Assembly: GCA_003568945.1 (NCBI GenBank)
Contig: BDIP01000067.1
Location: 1 to 34,246, forward strand
Source: Kipferlia bialata
Taxonomy: Eukaryota
DNA length: 34,246 nucleotides
Direction: 5' to 3'
Shown here: positions 1 to 11,742 of the stretch, one piece after another
How positions within the stretch are numbered: the stretch's first letter is position 1
Layout of the letters: each line of letters begins with the position of its first letter
Notes under the pieces: model-generated
Told to the model about the DNA's origin: nothing
The model's input: the letters and a program-made list of their open reading frames with translations, nothing else
The model's database searches: none
Made by a program: the position numbers and the translations under genes

Positions 1-8
1 GCCCCCAG

Positions 9-409
9 TACTCCACCCTGAGGGTCAAGGTCAACAAGAGTGTGCTGCAGGAGCCATACTCACTCAAGTTGCACTACCACAGGTTCGGTCTCTCTCTCTC
101 TCTTTGCTACCACTTGCTTCCATTCTCTTATAGACCACCCACAGACGTCATCCCTCTCCCCCATACTCTCTCTACATACACACACATACACCTATATACA
201 TGTCTCTCCCTTCCTCTTATTCCGGTACTTCCCCCTTCTCTCTCTATATATCTATATATATGTATATATATCTAATACCAGCTTCCATGCCTCTGACGAC
301 AACAACTCTCTCTCTCTCTCTCTCTCTTCCTCTCTCTCTCTGTCTCTAAATAATATTTACCAATTACTTTATACATATCTCACCCTCAGCTTGGCCAGTC
401 TCTCTCCCA

Positions 410-457
<48 letters not shown>

Positions 458-2400
458 TTATATACATGTATGTATATACATACATCTCATCCTTAGTTTC
501 CATGCCTCTGACGACAACTGGTCTGTCAGGGGATTCCCCCAGCCCCACAACATAGGTACTCTCTCTCTCCTTCTCTCTCTCTCTCTCCCTCTTTGCAAAA
601 GATAATATCTATCTTTCAATCTATATCCTCATGTAACTCACTACAGCCATGCCCCCACCCCACTGCCTCTCTCTCTCCCTGCCCCCTTCTCTCTGTCTCT
701 CCCTATAACCAATATAGCATATAGTAGTGGACGGCGGTGCCTACAACTAGTCTCTCTCTCTCTCTCTTCTATATATACTCTCTCTCTTCTAACTTCAGGT
801 GAACCCACCGCCATCTCCACCGTTGGGGGTGCCTACTACTCTCTCTCTCTCTCTGTCTCCCTCTCTACCCCCTTATATCAGGTGAACCCACCGCCATCTC
901 CACCTATGGGGGTGCCTACTACTCTCCCTCTTCCTCTCTCTCTCTCTCTCTTCCATATGTACTCTCTGTCTTCTAACTTCAGGTGAACCCACGGCCATCT
1001 CCACACATGGGGGTGCCTACCTAGTCAGGCACTGCTGTGACAACCACTGTGACATAGTGGACATGGTGCTGCAGAGTGACTCCCCAGACCAGGTATTAGT
1101 ATTGTATTATGTAAATGTTTCCACAGTATATATTTATGTTATACAATATATATACATAAATACTTTGCATACTATAACTATACATTACTAACCACAGCTC
1201 GCTGTCTGTCTCAAGGACGCCTCTGGCAGAGAGTGGTGGTCCAGCAACGATGGTCAGAACTGGCACATCAACAAGTTCACACAGGTATACTCTCTCTCTC
1301 TCTCTCTCTACGCCCTCAATTCACCCTTAGACTGGCTGGTCTGCTAAGCTCTCTCTCTGTCTCTCTCTCTCTCTCTCTACACCCTTAACTCACCCTGAGA
1401 CTGGCTGGTCTCCCAAGAGAGGCCTCTGCTTCCCCTCCTTCCACCGCAATCAGGCCTCTCTCTCCACACTAGTGGTGTGCAACCACACAGGTATTATAAT
1501 ATACATGTGTATACGTTTATATAGTGATTGACGGAAACGTACATATACACATGTATATTTATCAGAGCAGCCCTCCCTCTCCACACTAGTGGTGTTAAAC
1601 CACACGGGTACTCTCTCTCTCTGTTTCCCAAGAGTACTGCTATTCAGAATGTATACCTCCCTCTCCACTCTTGTAACTATACATACTTACACCTCATCTC
1701 ATCCACAGGTGGCGCTGCTGTGTCTCTACAGTGTACAAGGCACATATGCGTCTTTTACTCTTTTCTATTACGCATTCTATTCCTTCATATACTTACTTAA
1801 CCCTTAGGTGGTGCCTCTGTGTCCCTGGTGTACAAGGCATACACGAATGTACACCATATATCCATAATTCTACTTAAGTAGTGTTTCTGTTATTCCTCAC
1901 CTTATCCTAATCCAGGTGGCGCCTCTGTGTCCCTGGTGTACAAGGCATACAGACCTGGGTGAGTACTGGATATATACTACATACTATATATATTTGTATG
2001 TATACAAGTAGCTGACCCCAGGTCAGAGACCACCCTGACCCACCCCACCCCTGAGTGCCCAGTCCCACAGGGGTGGCACAAGGTATATATTATAGTGTAT
2101 ATATATATATTTGTATATACTACTATATATAATAGTATATACTGATACCTGAGTGCCCAATCCCACAGGGGTGGCACAAGGTATATGCCTCACAAATATA
2201 GTATATATATATATACATATGTATCAGTATCATTGTTACTATATATATATATATACAAGCCTCTGAGTGCCCGGTCCCGCAAGGGTGGCACACGGTATAT
2301 AGAGTCTAATGTACAGTATATTCAGTGGCAAGTATATATCACCGTCCTCTGTTATCTTACCCTTCTCTACCCCCAGGCCGACCTTGTCAAGAGTAACATA

Positions 2401-2444
<44 letters not shown>

Positions 2445-3234
2445 TCTCTCTATTCTACCCCCAGGCCGACCTTGTCAAGAGGGCAGATGGGGTGTACGGA
2501 GGTGGCCTAAGGTATGTCTTATGTCTATTAATGAACAGTAAATTGCTATACGTATGCCAACACGCTATCCCTCATCTATACGTGGAGAAGACATACTAGG
2601 ATGTACTATACGAAGTCGCGTTACTCCCTCACCCCCAAGGTGGAGAAGGGACACTTTGACTGAGCGTGGGGGTGTGACCCTTGCTATGGCCTATGTCATG
2701 AAGGATGAGGAGGTACTTACACTGTATATAGAGACAGAGAGAGAGAGATATATATATATGTAATGAATGCAGTAGGTGGTATAGGATTAGTATAGCGGCA
2801 TGGTGTGACCCTTGCCATGGCCTATGTAATGAAGGACGAGGAGGTATGTAATTATTCGTATACATACACACGTATACATATAGGCATAGATATGTATATA
2901 GATAGATGTAATGGATGCTGTACAATGTATATATACATTTATGGTGTGACCCTTGCCATCCAAGAGAGTGTAATACTTTACAATGAGGTGCGTGTGCATG
3001 GGTCCAAGTGTGTAGTGCTATATGTGTTACCCCTCACCATCATGGCACCCACATCCTGTCCAATGGGAGTTAATGTATACAACCCTACCCTGTATAGTAT
3101 TGTGTATGTATGATATATACACTTCCTCCCTGTAACTCCAGGGCACCCACCTCCTGTCCAACGAGGGCGATCTCTACTGGCCACTCAGCGTGGACACAGA
3201 GGTGTGTAGTCACTGTAGATATAGACATATGTAG

Positions 3235-3268
<34 letters not shown>

Positions 3269-4376
3269 GACCTCTACTGGCCTCTCAGGGTGGACACAGA
3301 GGTATGAATATGATCATACATACATATATATGTGTGCAGTGTATATGTGATCATATAATACCAATGCACATTGTGTTCTCTCACACCAGAGAGGCATCGG
3401 CGGTGAGCTCAGCCAATATGTGTTCTTTACTGTACTGTAGTGTTTCATATACATATTCTATATATATTCATTCTCTATTGACTATATCTCTCACACCAGA
3501 GAGGCACAGGAGGAGAGATCAGGATATATTTGAAATATACCGTTCCCAGTGTTATATATTTGCTGTATCTATACAAGTATACTATTTATACCAACAATAG
3601 ACTTACAATATACTTACACCAGAGAGGCATCGGAGGAGAGATCAGGAACTCATACGGGTTCAGAAAGAGTGGGTTCAGGTGAGCTATTCTCTCCTGATTT
3701 CACACGATCAATCTCTATAACAATCCTTGTTGAGATTGGTATCTCGTGTGACAAGCGGTGTGACATGGAGGTCTATGCCATTCTTTCTCTCTCTCTCTCA
3801 TAGTGTGTATAAATACCTCTAACTCCATTAGGGCCGACGCGCTGTGTGACATGGAGGTCTCTCTCCCCCTCTATACATATATATCCATCGATGTATCTCT
3901 CTCTCTCTATACCATATACTTACCCCAGGGCCGACGAGCTGTGTGACATAGAGGTCTCTTCTCTATGTATATACACGCAATTATAGCAATATATTCATTA
4001 TTTAATATACCTCTTACCCTAGGGCCGACGAGCTGTGCGACATGGAGGTGGAGGGGGAGACTGGCACAGAGAAGGGAGGAGTGCATCAGGTGGACAAGGT
4101 ATATATATATATGTGTGTGTGTGTGTGATATATAGACAGAGGGAGAGGGAGACAGGCACAGAGAAGGGAGGAATGGGTCAGGTGGATAAGGTATATGTAT
4201 ACAATATATATGTTCACGTATATAGAGAGGGAGGGAGTGAGAGAGAGAGTGGCACCGAGAAGCGGATTGGTGCGATAGAGTATTACTTCTATGTAGTATG
4301 GTGTGAGTTACTCAGTGAGTGACTATCTCACTAGCAGGCTCCAGCTGGCAAGGGCATTGCCGCATTTGGATTCTAG
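9..4376 (+). CDS. Multi-exon gene, 5'-truncated by the window; protein with putative starch/glycogen-binding (CBM21/CBM25-like) motifs
   Basis: Exons 9-82, 497-555, 983-1092, 1198-1284, 1400-1490, 1916-1958, 2022-2082, 2465-2511, 2640-2712, 3142-3201, 3623-3678, 4023-4098 and 4338-4376 join through GT-AG introns with consistent phase and end in TAG (4374-4376). Translation includes LKLHYHSFHASDDNW, LAVCLKDASGREWWSSNDGQNWHI and LAMAYVMKDEEGTHLLSNEGDLYW, resembling the FAVCY..G.E.WDNN.G.NY motif of CBM21-type modules. The gene structure is well supported; the function is inferred from motif resemblance only. Confidence 0.75.
797..1020 (+). repeat. Acceptor-echo array (AG|GTGAACCCAC.GCCATCTCCAC) x3
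   Basis: Copies begin at 799 and 882, and the live exon begins at 983. Only the last runs on to a GT donor (1093). Confidence 0.95.
2050..2298 (+). repeat. Donor-echo array (CTGAGTGCCC..TCCC.CA.GGGTGGCACA.G|GTAT) x3
   Basis: The live exon ends at 2082, with copies at about 2148-2184 and 2263-2298 separated by (TA)n. Confidence 0.95.
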
Positions 4377-4907
4377 AGCGACTAGGGCCTCTAGAGAATC
4401 TCAACTAGAGTTTATAGATGAGTCAAGACGTAGGGAAGCTGTTGGCTACGAGAGACTCGTGGTTATGTTGATGGAGACTCCAGTGAGATGGTGACTGTCA
4501 TAGTCTCGTCTAGTTATCAAACAGACACACTTCACAATGAGAATGAAGTCAAATATATTCAGTTGTTCTCATTCAGGTGTTGCATCACTGATGTATTTGT
4601 CGCTCAGTGACTACTTACTGTGTATCACTCAGTAGCTATTGTATGAACGTCTATTGGTATTCCAGGTCCATACTGTAACAGAGAGAACACAAAACTAATG
4701 TGTGCACCTGACTCTAGCAACTAGAGATATCCAACCTGGTAGATAGAGCTAGTAGATCAGATACTGTCGGCCACACAATCCAGATGAGGTGCTGGGGATG
4801 TAGTAAACAATGACCATATTGGACCTAATAGATCAAGTACCCGCAATCATTACTGCGGTGCATGGGTATACACATGGCTAAGTAGACCAATGAGATGAGG
4901 TGCTGAT

Positions 4908-4943
4908 CCGCGAGTTCCGCGAGTTCCACGAGATCCGCGAGTT
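4908..4943. repeat. 9-bp tandem repeat CCGCGAGTT x4
   Basis: ccgcgagtt ccgcgagtt ccacgagat ccgcgagtt, immediately beyond the predicted stop of the SAMHD1-like gene. Confidence 0.9.
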
Positions 4944-4947
4944 AACC

Positions 4948-5085
4948 TCAGATGAGGTGCTGTGTGGGCATGAGCTCCATGTTGTCTAGGATGTCCTGCA
5001 CGGAGTATGCGGTGTTGGGTGTGGACTGGTAGGGTGCAAACGAGGTGCCCCCAATGTACTCATCATCCTGGGAGACATACCCACC

Positions 5086-5116
<31 letters not shown>

Positions 5117-8100
5117 TCTGAGGGTGGGTACTGCTGAGTAGCTGGTGAGTGCGGCACATGGACATCTCTGTCGATACCCTGTGAGTCATAGACCATGTCC
5201 TCTCCAGGTGGCACAGGGGGCCTATCTCTAGATGGTCTAGATGGTCTCTCCTCGTAACAGTCCTCGTCGTCTGATATGATGCAGAAGTTGTCCATCTCGG
5301 TATCAATGCCCATCTCTCTCTCTCCCACTCTCTCTCCACCGTTGGGTGAACGCTCATGCCTCTGTCTCTTGCCTGTTGTTGGTATAAGAATTGAAATATG
5401 TACTATTCACTATATGTATAGTAATAGCTATTAATACTAGTAGGCATATATATATATATATGCATACATACCTGTTGCTGGTATGTATGGGCCGTGCTTG
5501 GCCACGGACAGGGCAGGGAGAGGGTCGTCGAGGCGGGACTGGCGTTAGAGAGAGAGTGACATATGTATATGTATATATATATGTATACATATTTCGTATA
5601 TATGAGTAATACAGGGCAGGGAGAGGGTCGTCGAGGCTGGCCTAGGGTGAGGGGTATTTTATAAGGTAAAGAATACCCTTTAGGCATTATGTACAGATAC
5701 TACATACATAAGCCAAGCTAGATCCAGTATACATATACATGTACTCTATAGTATATATATATATACTCTATACCTGGCTAGCTGCACCGACAGCGTCCTG
5801 TCTGGTGGGTCCCAGCTCTGAGGTGGTCTCGGGGCTGAAGGGCAGGGGGGACTCGGCAATTCCCCTGGTGTGAGTGTGGAGTATATAGTATATGTATATA
5901 TGTATATATATGGAAGGCCTATAGAGTGACTGGAGGGCAGGGGGGACTCGGCAATGCCCCTAGTATATTAGAATACACTAGTATATAGAGAGAGACATAT
6001 ATATGAAATTGTACACAGTATGGGACACATTGTAGATGATGAAGGGCAAGGGGGGACTCGGCAATGCCCCTGGTATGAGTGTAAGTATATATACATATAG
6101 AGACTCTACGTATATATATATATACATGTATAAACAAATGTAATGGGTACCTACTAGATTATTCTCTGGATGATGCGGCAAGAGATGCCATCTCTCTCTC
6201 CCTGACCCTGTCTCATATATATATGTATACGCATGTACATACACATATATACGTATATGTACTACATATATACTACGTGCCTGCTAGAGTATTCCCTTGA
6301 TGCAGCCCGGGATGCGGTCTCTCTCTCCCTTGCCCTCTCTGCCTTAGTAGGGAAGGCAGAGGGTCTAGGGACAGGGTATCTGGGCATTAGAATCAGACAT
6401 ATGTATATTAGTACACACCACATATCAACAATGCCCTGACTTTAGGAAGGCAGAGGGCCTAAGGACAGGGTGTCTTCAGGATGTCAAGAGGCATATCTGC
6501 AATATATTCCAATCCTACCTCTTGCTAGCTGGGTGCACGGGTGACATGGCCATGGTCTCATACATAAATATTATATATACATATATATATATATGCATAT
6601 CCACATATATATACACACTCCACCTCATTATATATATACTGTATATTGATATAGATACCTCTTTGAAGCTGGGTGCACGGGTGACATGGCCATGGTCTCA
6701 CACATAAATGTATACATATAANNNNNNNNNNNNNNNNNNNNNNNNNNNNNNNNNNNNNNNNNNNNNNNNNNNNNNNNNNNNNNNNNNNNNNNNNNNNNNN
6801 NNNNNNNNNNNNNNNNNNNNNNNNNNNNNNNNNNNNNNNNNNNNNNNNNNNNATACCGATCCTACCTCTTGCTAGCTGGGTGCACGGGTGACATGGCCAT
6901 GGTCTCATCCAGGTGGGACACATTGTCATTGTTCATGGCTATGGGTAAAATGTTATATACATATAGGTATATATATATATATATAGTGTGTGTGAGAGAG
7001 AGAGAGAGAAAGGGAGAGAGAGAGAGAGATGGTCTCATCAAGGTGGGACACATTGTCATTGTTCATGACTAAAGGAAAGTGAATATGATGATATATAATT
7101 ATATCTGGTGAGCGAGAGAGCGAGATAGAGTGACAGACAGAGCACAATACTATTCACAGCGAACGATAAGATGAGAGATATTATGTATCTATATATGTGG
7201 GTTATCTCTGATAGCTACAGATGTATCGAATGAGACATCGGTCAGGTAGGGTTCAGTACGTACCGTTGAGCCTTGCTGTGAGCTCGGCGTACTCTTGCTG
7301 GGGTGAGAGCCGTTTGATATATATATATATGTACATATACTCATGAACACATATATCATGTTACTTATTACCTTAGCAGCGTGTCTGATTGCCTCGTGTA
7401 TACAGTTATCCGTAAATACACTGCCAGTATACACATAGATCTCTATCTATACATTCATTACCTTCGCAGCGTGTCTGATTGCCTCGTGTATGCTGTTGTC
7501 TGTGTATATATTGTTTATACTTCTATATCTATACCTACATCAATGCACTAAATACCTTAGCAGCGTGTCTGATTGCCTCGTGTATGCTGTTGTCTGTGAT
7601 GTACACCCTCAGGATGTACGAGGAGTGCGTCACGGGCTTCACGGCCTGGTATCAATGCATATATATGTAGAACTACAATATACATGTGTATTCAATGAAT
7701 GATATATGAATACTATTGTGATGTACGAGGAGTGCGTCACGGCCTGGTATTAGAATCACTGTCACGGAGATATTATTGACAACACTAATTACATGGCCAG
7801 ATCACAAATACATATTGGCAAAATCTATAGACTGTAGAATGAATCATTACCCACCCTAAACCCATCGGAGGTTATGAACTCCAGCTCTATGTCCATTCCG
7901 ACCAGTGGCTTCTTGAAGAATGGGATGGCAGTCATAGGGTCTCCGTCCTTACCCTTGCCACCGTATCCTGATATTGGGGTACATATGTGTGTTAAGCGCA
8001 TATATCATATATCATATACACAATTAATGTATATTAGAACACATTATATATGAATGGGATGGCAGTCATGGGGTCTCCGTCTTTTCCCTTTCCTCCGTAT

Positions 8101-8367
8101 CCTGTGTAAATGATTTACTTCACACTAATAATTATGTCAATGAATACCGGTTCAATTAAAAAATGACCAATACTGTATATATACATATATCAGAATAGAG
8201 TAACAATGGGAATAGAGACAATAGTGAATATGGTACCCATAGTGCTCTTCGACACCCTGACATATAATACATACAAACATGATATTCATATATATTCTGA
8301 ATAGTGAATACATTCATATATATTCTGAATATTGAATACATACATATACATACATACATATACATAC

Positions 8368-8402
<35 letters not shown>

Positions 8403-9970
8403 CACGCCAGTACCTATTGTGCTCTTCTGCACCCTCACCAGCTCTGGGGAGACATTGGCACGGCGGCAGATTCTGGAGAGTTAGTACTATATGTAAACGT
8501 ACATTAGAACTCTATAGTACATATATACAGCTATTCCTAACTCATATGTATACCTGTCATTGAACTGCTTTGTTCCAAAGGTGTCAAACAGGTATAACTA
8601 ATCAGATAGTTGTATATGTGTATACTATTACCCAACTACCCTACATATGTAAATATATAAATATATATATATGTGTGTGTGTGTGTGTATATACCTGTCC
8701 CTGAACTGCTTTGTCTCAAAGATGTCAAACAGGCTGACGTCATTCATCATGTCCTTGGCAAACCTAGGAGTCAACGATAGAGTCAAAGAATCATTAGTGA
8801 ATCAATGTACAAACAATTATGTACCAAATACTGAATCACCTCCTTGGTCAGCCTGATCATCAACACTGTAACATACATATATAGATAATAATAGTTACTA
8901 GGGCCTAATAGTCACTGATACGATGAATACATACCTGATGCCAAATGCCAGCTTGTATGTGTTCCGCGTGTCGACACGCTGCAGGATGGCCTGATGGTAG
9001 GAATACATTTATAGGTATATATACTGAATACATATTGAATATAATTCAGATTAGAACCAATATGTATATACTATATGTTGCAGGATGGCCTGGGGGGTAA
9101 GGGTATATATACACACACGACATAATACAAATTGATAGTGTATATCCACATATGTATACACACATACATATATACATATAGGATATATATATATACATAT
9201 ATATATATGTATACATACATATATATATATATATATATAGGATAGCTGCAGGATGGCCTGGGGTAAGATGCAAACATGATTCATACACAATACACATATA
9301 CTGTACACATGCAGAACTTATATACCTTAGCCTCGTCAATCTTTTTATTCTCTAATTTTCTATTTTGGGTTGTGTGTCTAGGTACACTTTTACTACAGTA
9401 CAGCAGTCCATATATACATTGCATCTGAGACGTATATCTCCAGATATATATACCTTAGCCTCGTCCATCTTTGGGTTCTGTGTCAGGCCATTGCCTCCAA
9501 ACCCACCGGCTGGGTACATCCTGATGGCTGGGGGTGAGGAGATACATACATATCCATCATATATATGAGAGAGAGTGCGTGAGAGAGAGAGAGATAGGGA
9601 GACACAGACGCCAGCTGGATATATGCTGATGGCTGGGGGTGAGATGTATAAATATATACATATATATGAAGAGAGAGAGAGACAGAAAGCAAAAGAAGTG
9701 ATATTCACAACACGTACTGTCCAGGATGCCGTCGTTGAGCTTGAGGAACAGGTCCAGGTCATGGCAGGAGTCAGTCAGGCGGAAGGTGTCTGGGATTAGA
9801 GGTCAAATATGGAAATGGACCATGTTCAATAATATATAGGAATACAAGAACAATCAATTATACATATACTATATGCATACTCACCCGATGCCTGCACGAG
9901 GGCGTCTGTCACCATCAGCTCCACAGCAGAGGAGGTCTTGTGGGAGTACACACGGCTGAAGAGACTAGAC

Positions 9971-10017
<47 letters not shown>

Positions 10018-10805
10018 CTTGTGGGAGTAGTAGGCTATTGAATAGTGGAGACACGTGAGGTTGAGAAGGAGATGTCACCTGTATCTGCAGCCGAATATCT
10101 CGTTGATGGCATGTTGGGTCTTGACCTGGAAGGCCCACTTGTCACCAACGAACCTGGGTGATTAGAGACATGTCACACGCAATTCAAACAATGCCACATA
10201 CATGCAAACACATAATGACTATTGGTATACATAGTCACAGACAATTGGCGCCATACCTGCTGGCCTGTAGTATGTATGCCGTGTCTGGCCTCTGCATACT
10301 GGGGCCTACATTGACAGAGTCTCTGGGGGTAAGGTATACAATAGTATACATACAAATATATACACTACCATTGACAGAGTCCCTGGGGGTGAGGGGTGTA
10401 TTAGTGAATACATATACATATGTTTATTTCGCTATTAGTCTCAATGCTGGGGCCAGAGTCTCTGAGGGTTATGAATACTATAGTGTATCAAGTCCAGTAG
10501 AATCTTCAACACTTCTATATGTATATATAGATCTATATCTCATACCTCTCCAGATAGTCGAGCTTGTCCACGTCCAGCCCGCACTGACTGTTGGACACAA
10601 TGTCATAGAGCCAGCCTCTTTCACCGGTCTAGAAGTCAGGGAGATTTAATCGAAGATATATACCCTATATATGCATATATAGTATATATATGTGTGTGTA
10701 TATATACATATAGTATATATAACTGACTGTTGGACACAATGTCATAGAGCCAGCCCCTCTCACCGGTCTAAGGGTCAGAGAGACACCACTTGATATATAT
10801 CTATG

Positions 10806-10840
<35 letters not shown>

Positions 10841-11697
10841 TATATATGGTGTTCTGACTGTTGGACACAATGTCATAGAGCCAGCCCCTCTCGCCGGTCT
10901 AAAGTAAGTACAGGGTAACTTGTATGTATATGTATATGTATGATTGTATATGTGATATATAGTGTTCTGACTGTTGGACACAATGTCATAGAGCCAGCCC
11001 CTCTCGCCAGTCTGAAATTAGTATGATATATATAGTATATATAGTATTCTGACTGTTGGACACAATGTCTAAAGTCAGGCAGTATCTATAAGAGAGAAAG
11101 GGTGTACCATATACACATGTATGTATACTTTTTATACCTTGCGCCCCTCTTTGCAGTCACAGATGGCAGTATATATATATATATATATATACTATATAAT
11201 AGCTTTGTGCGTGTGAGTGTATGTATACCCTACCTTGCGCCCCTCTATGCAGTCACAGATTGCACCGGAATTGCATTTGTAATAAAATATTTATACTGGT
11301 ATATATATACATACATAGATTATACCATGTAACAATACCTTGCGCCCCTCTATGCAGTCACAGATGGCAGTGACCTCACAGTCCTCGAGGTCTAGGGTGA
11401 GATTCATATATAGAAGGTGTATATTGATTAGATAGAGAGGAGTTAGACATCAATAAGTAGGATATTACGAAGGTATATACTCTTATAATAGATAGAGAGA
11501 GAGAGAGGGGACCTCACAGTCCTCAAGGTCTAGGGTGAGGGGTATATGAATTAGAATCATCCATGCTTATAGGTAGGAAAGTGTGAATACGCACCATCAT
11601 TCTCCTGTGCTATTCTGTGCACCAGTTCCACAGACATGGCCTCGTGCTCCTTCCTGATGCCCATGGCACGCAGGAACCTGGAATAAGGGGGTAGAGG

Positions 11698-11742
<45 letters not shown>

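Noticed and set aside
4370..4430. Cluster of CTAG/TCTAGA palindromes after the stop of the first gene
   Set aside because: Short, with no extended hairpin or recognisable element.
6514..6910. Echo arrays as pure assembly artefacts around the gap
   Set aside because: Copy number at this gap is uncertain, but arrays elsewhere lie far from gaps, differ in sequence and have distinct spacers with ordered divergence. Long reads are still needed for full exclusion.
8840..8865. Apparent 26-nt exon with AG and GT borders in the SAMHD1-like gene
   Set aside because: Including it shifts the frame to a stop in the next exon, whereas skipping it gives FGIR|FAKDMM in frame.
10584..11070. Repeat-spacer appearance resembling a CRISPR array (also 17474-18099)
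   Set aside because: The repeats are exon fragments with splice sites, the spacers are microsatellites, the context is eukaryotic, and no cas genes are present.
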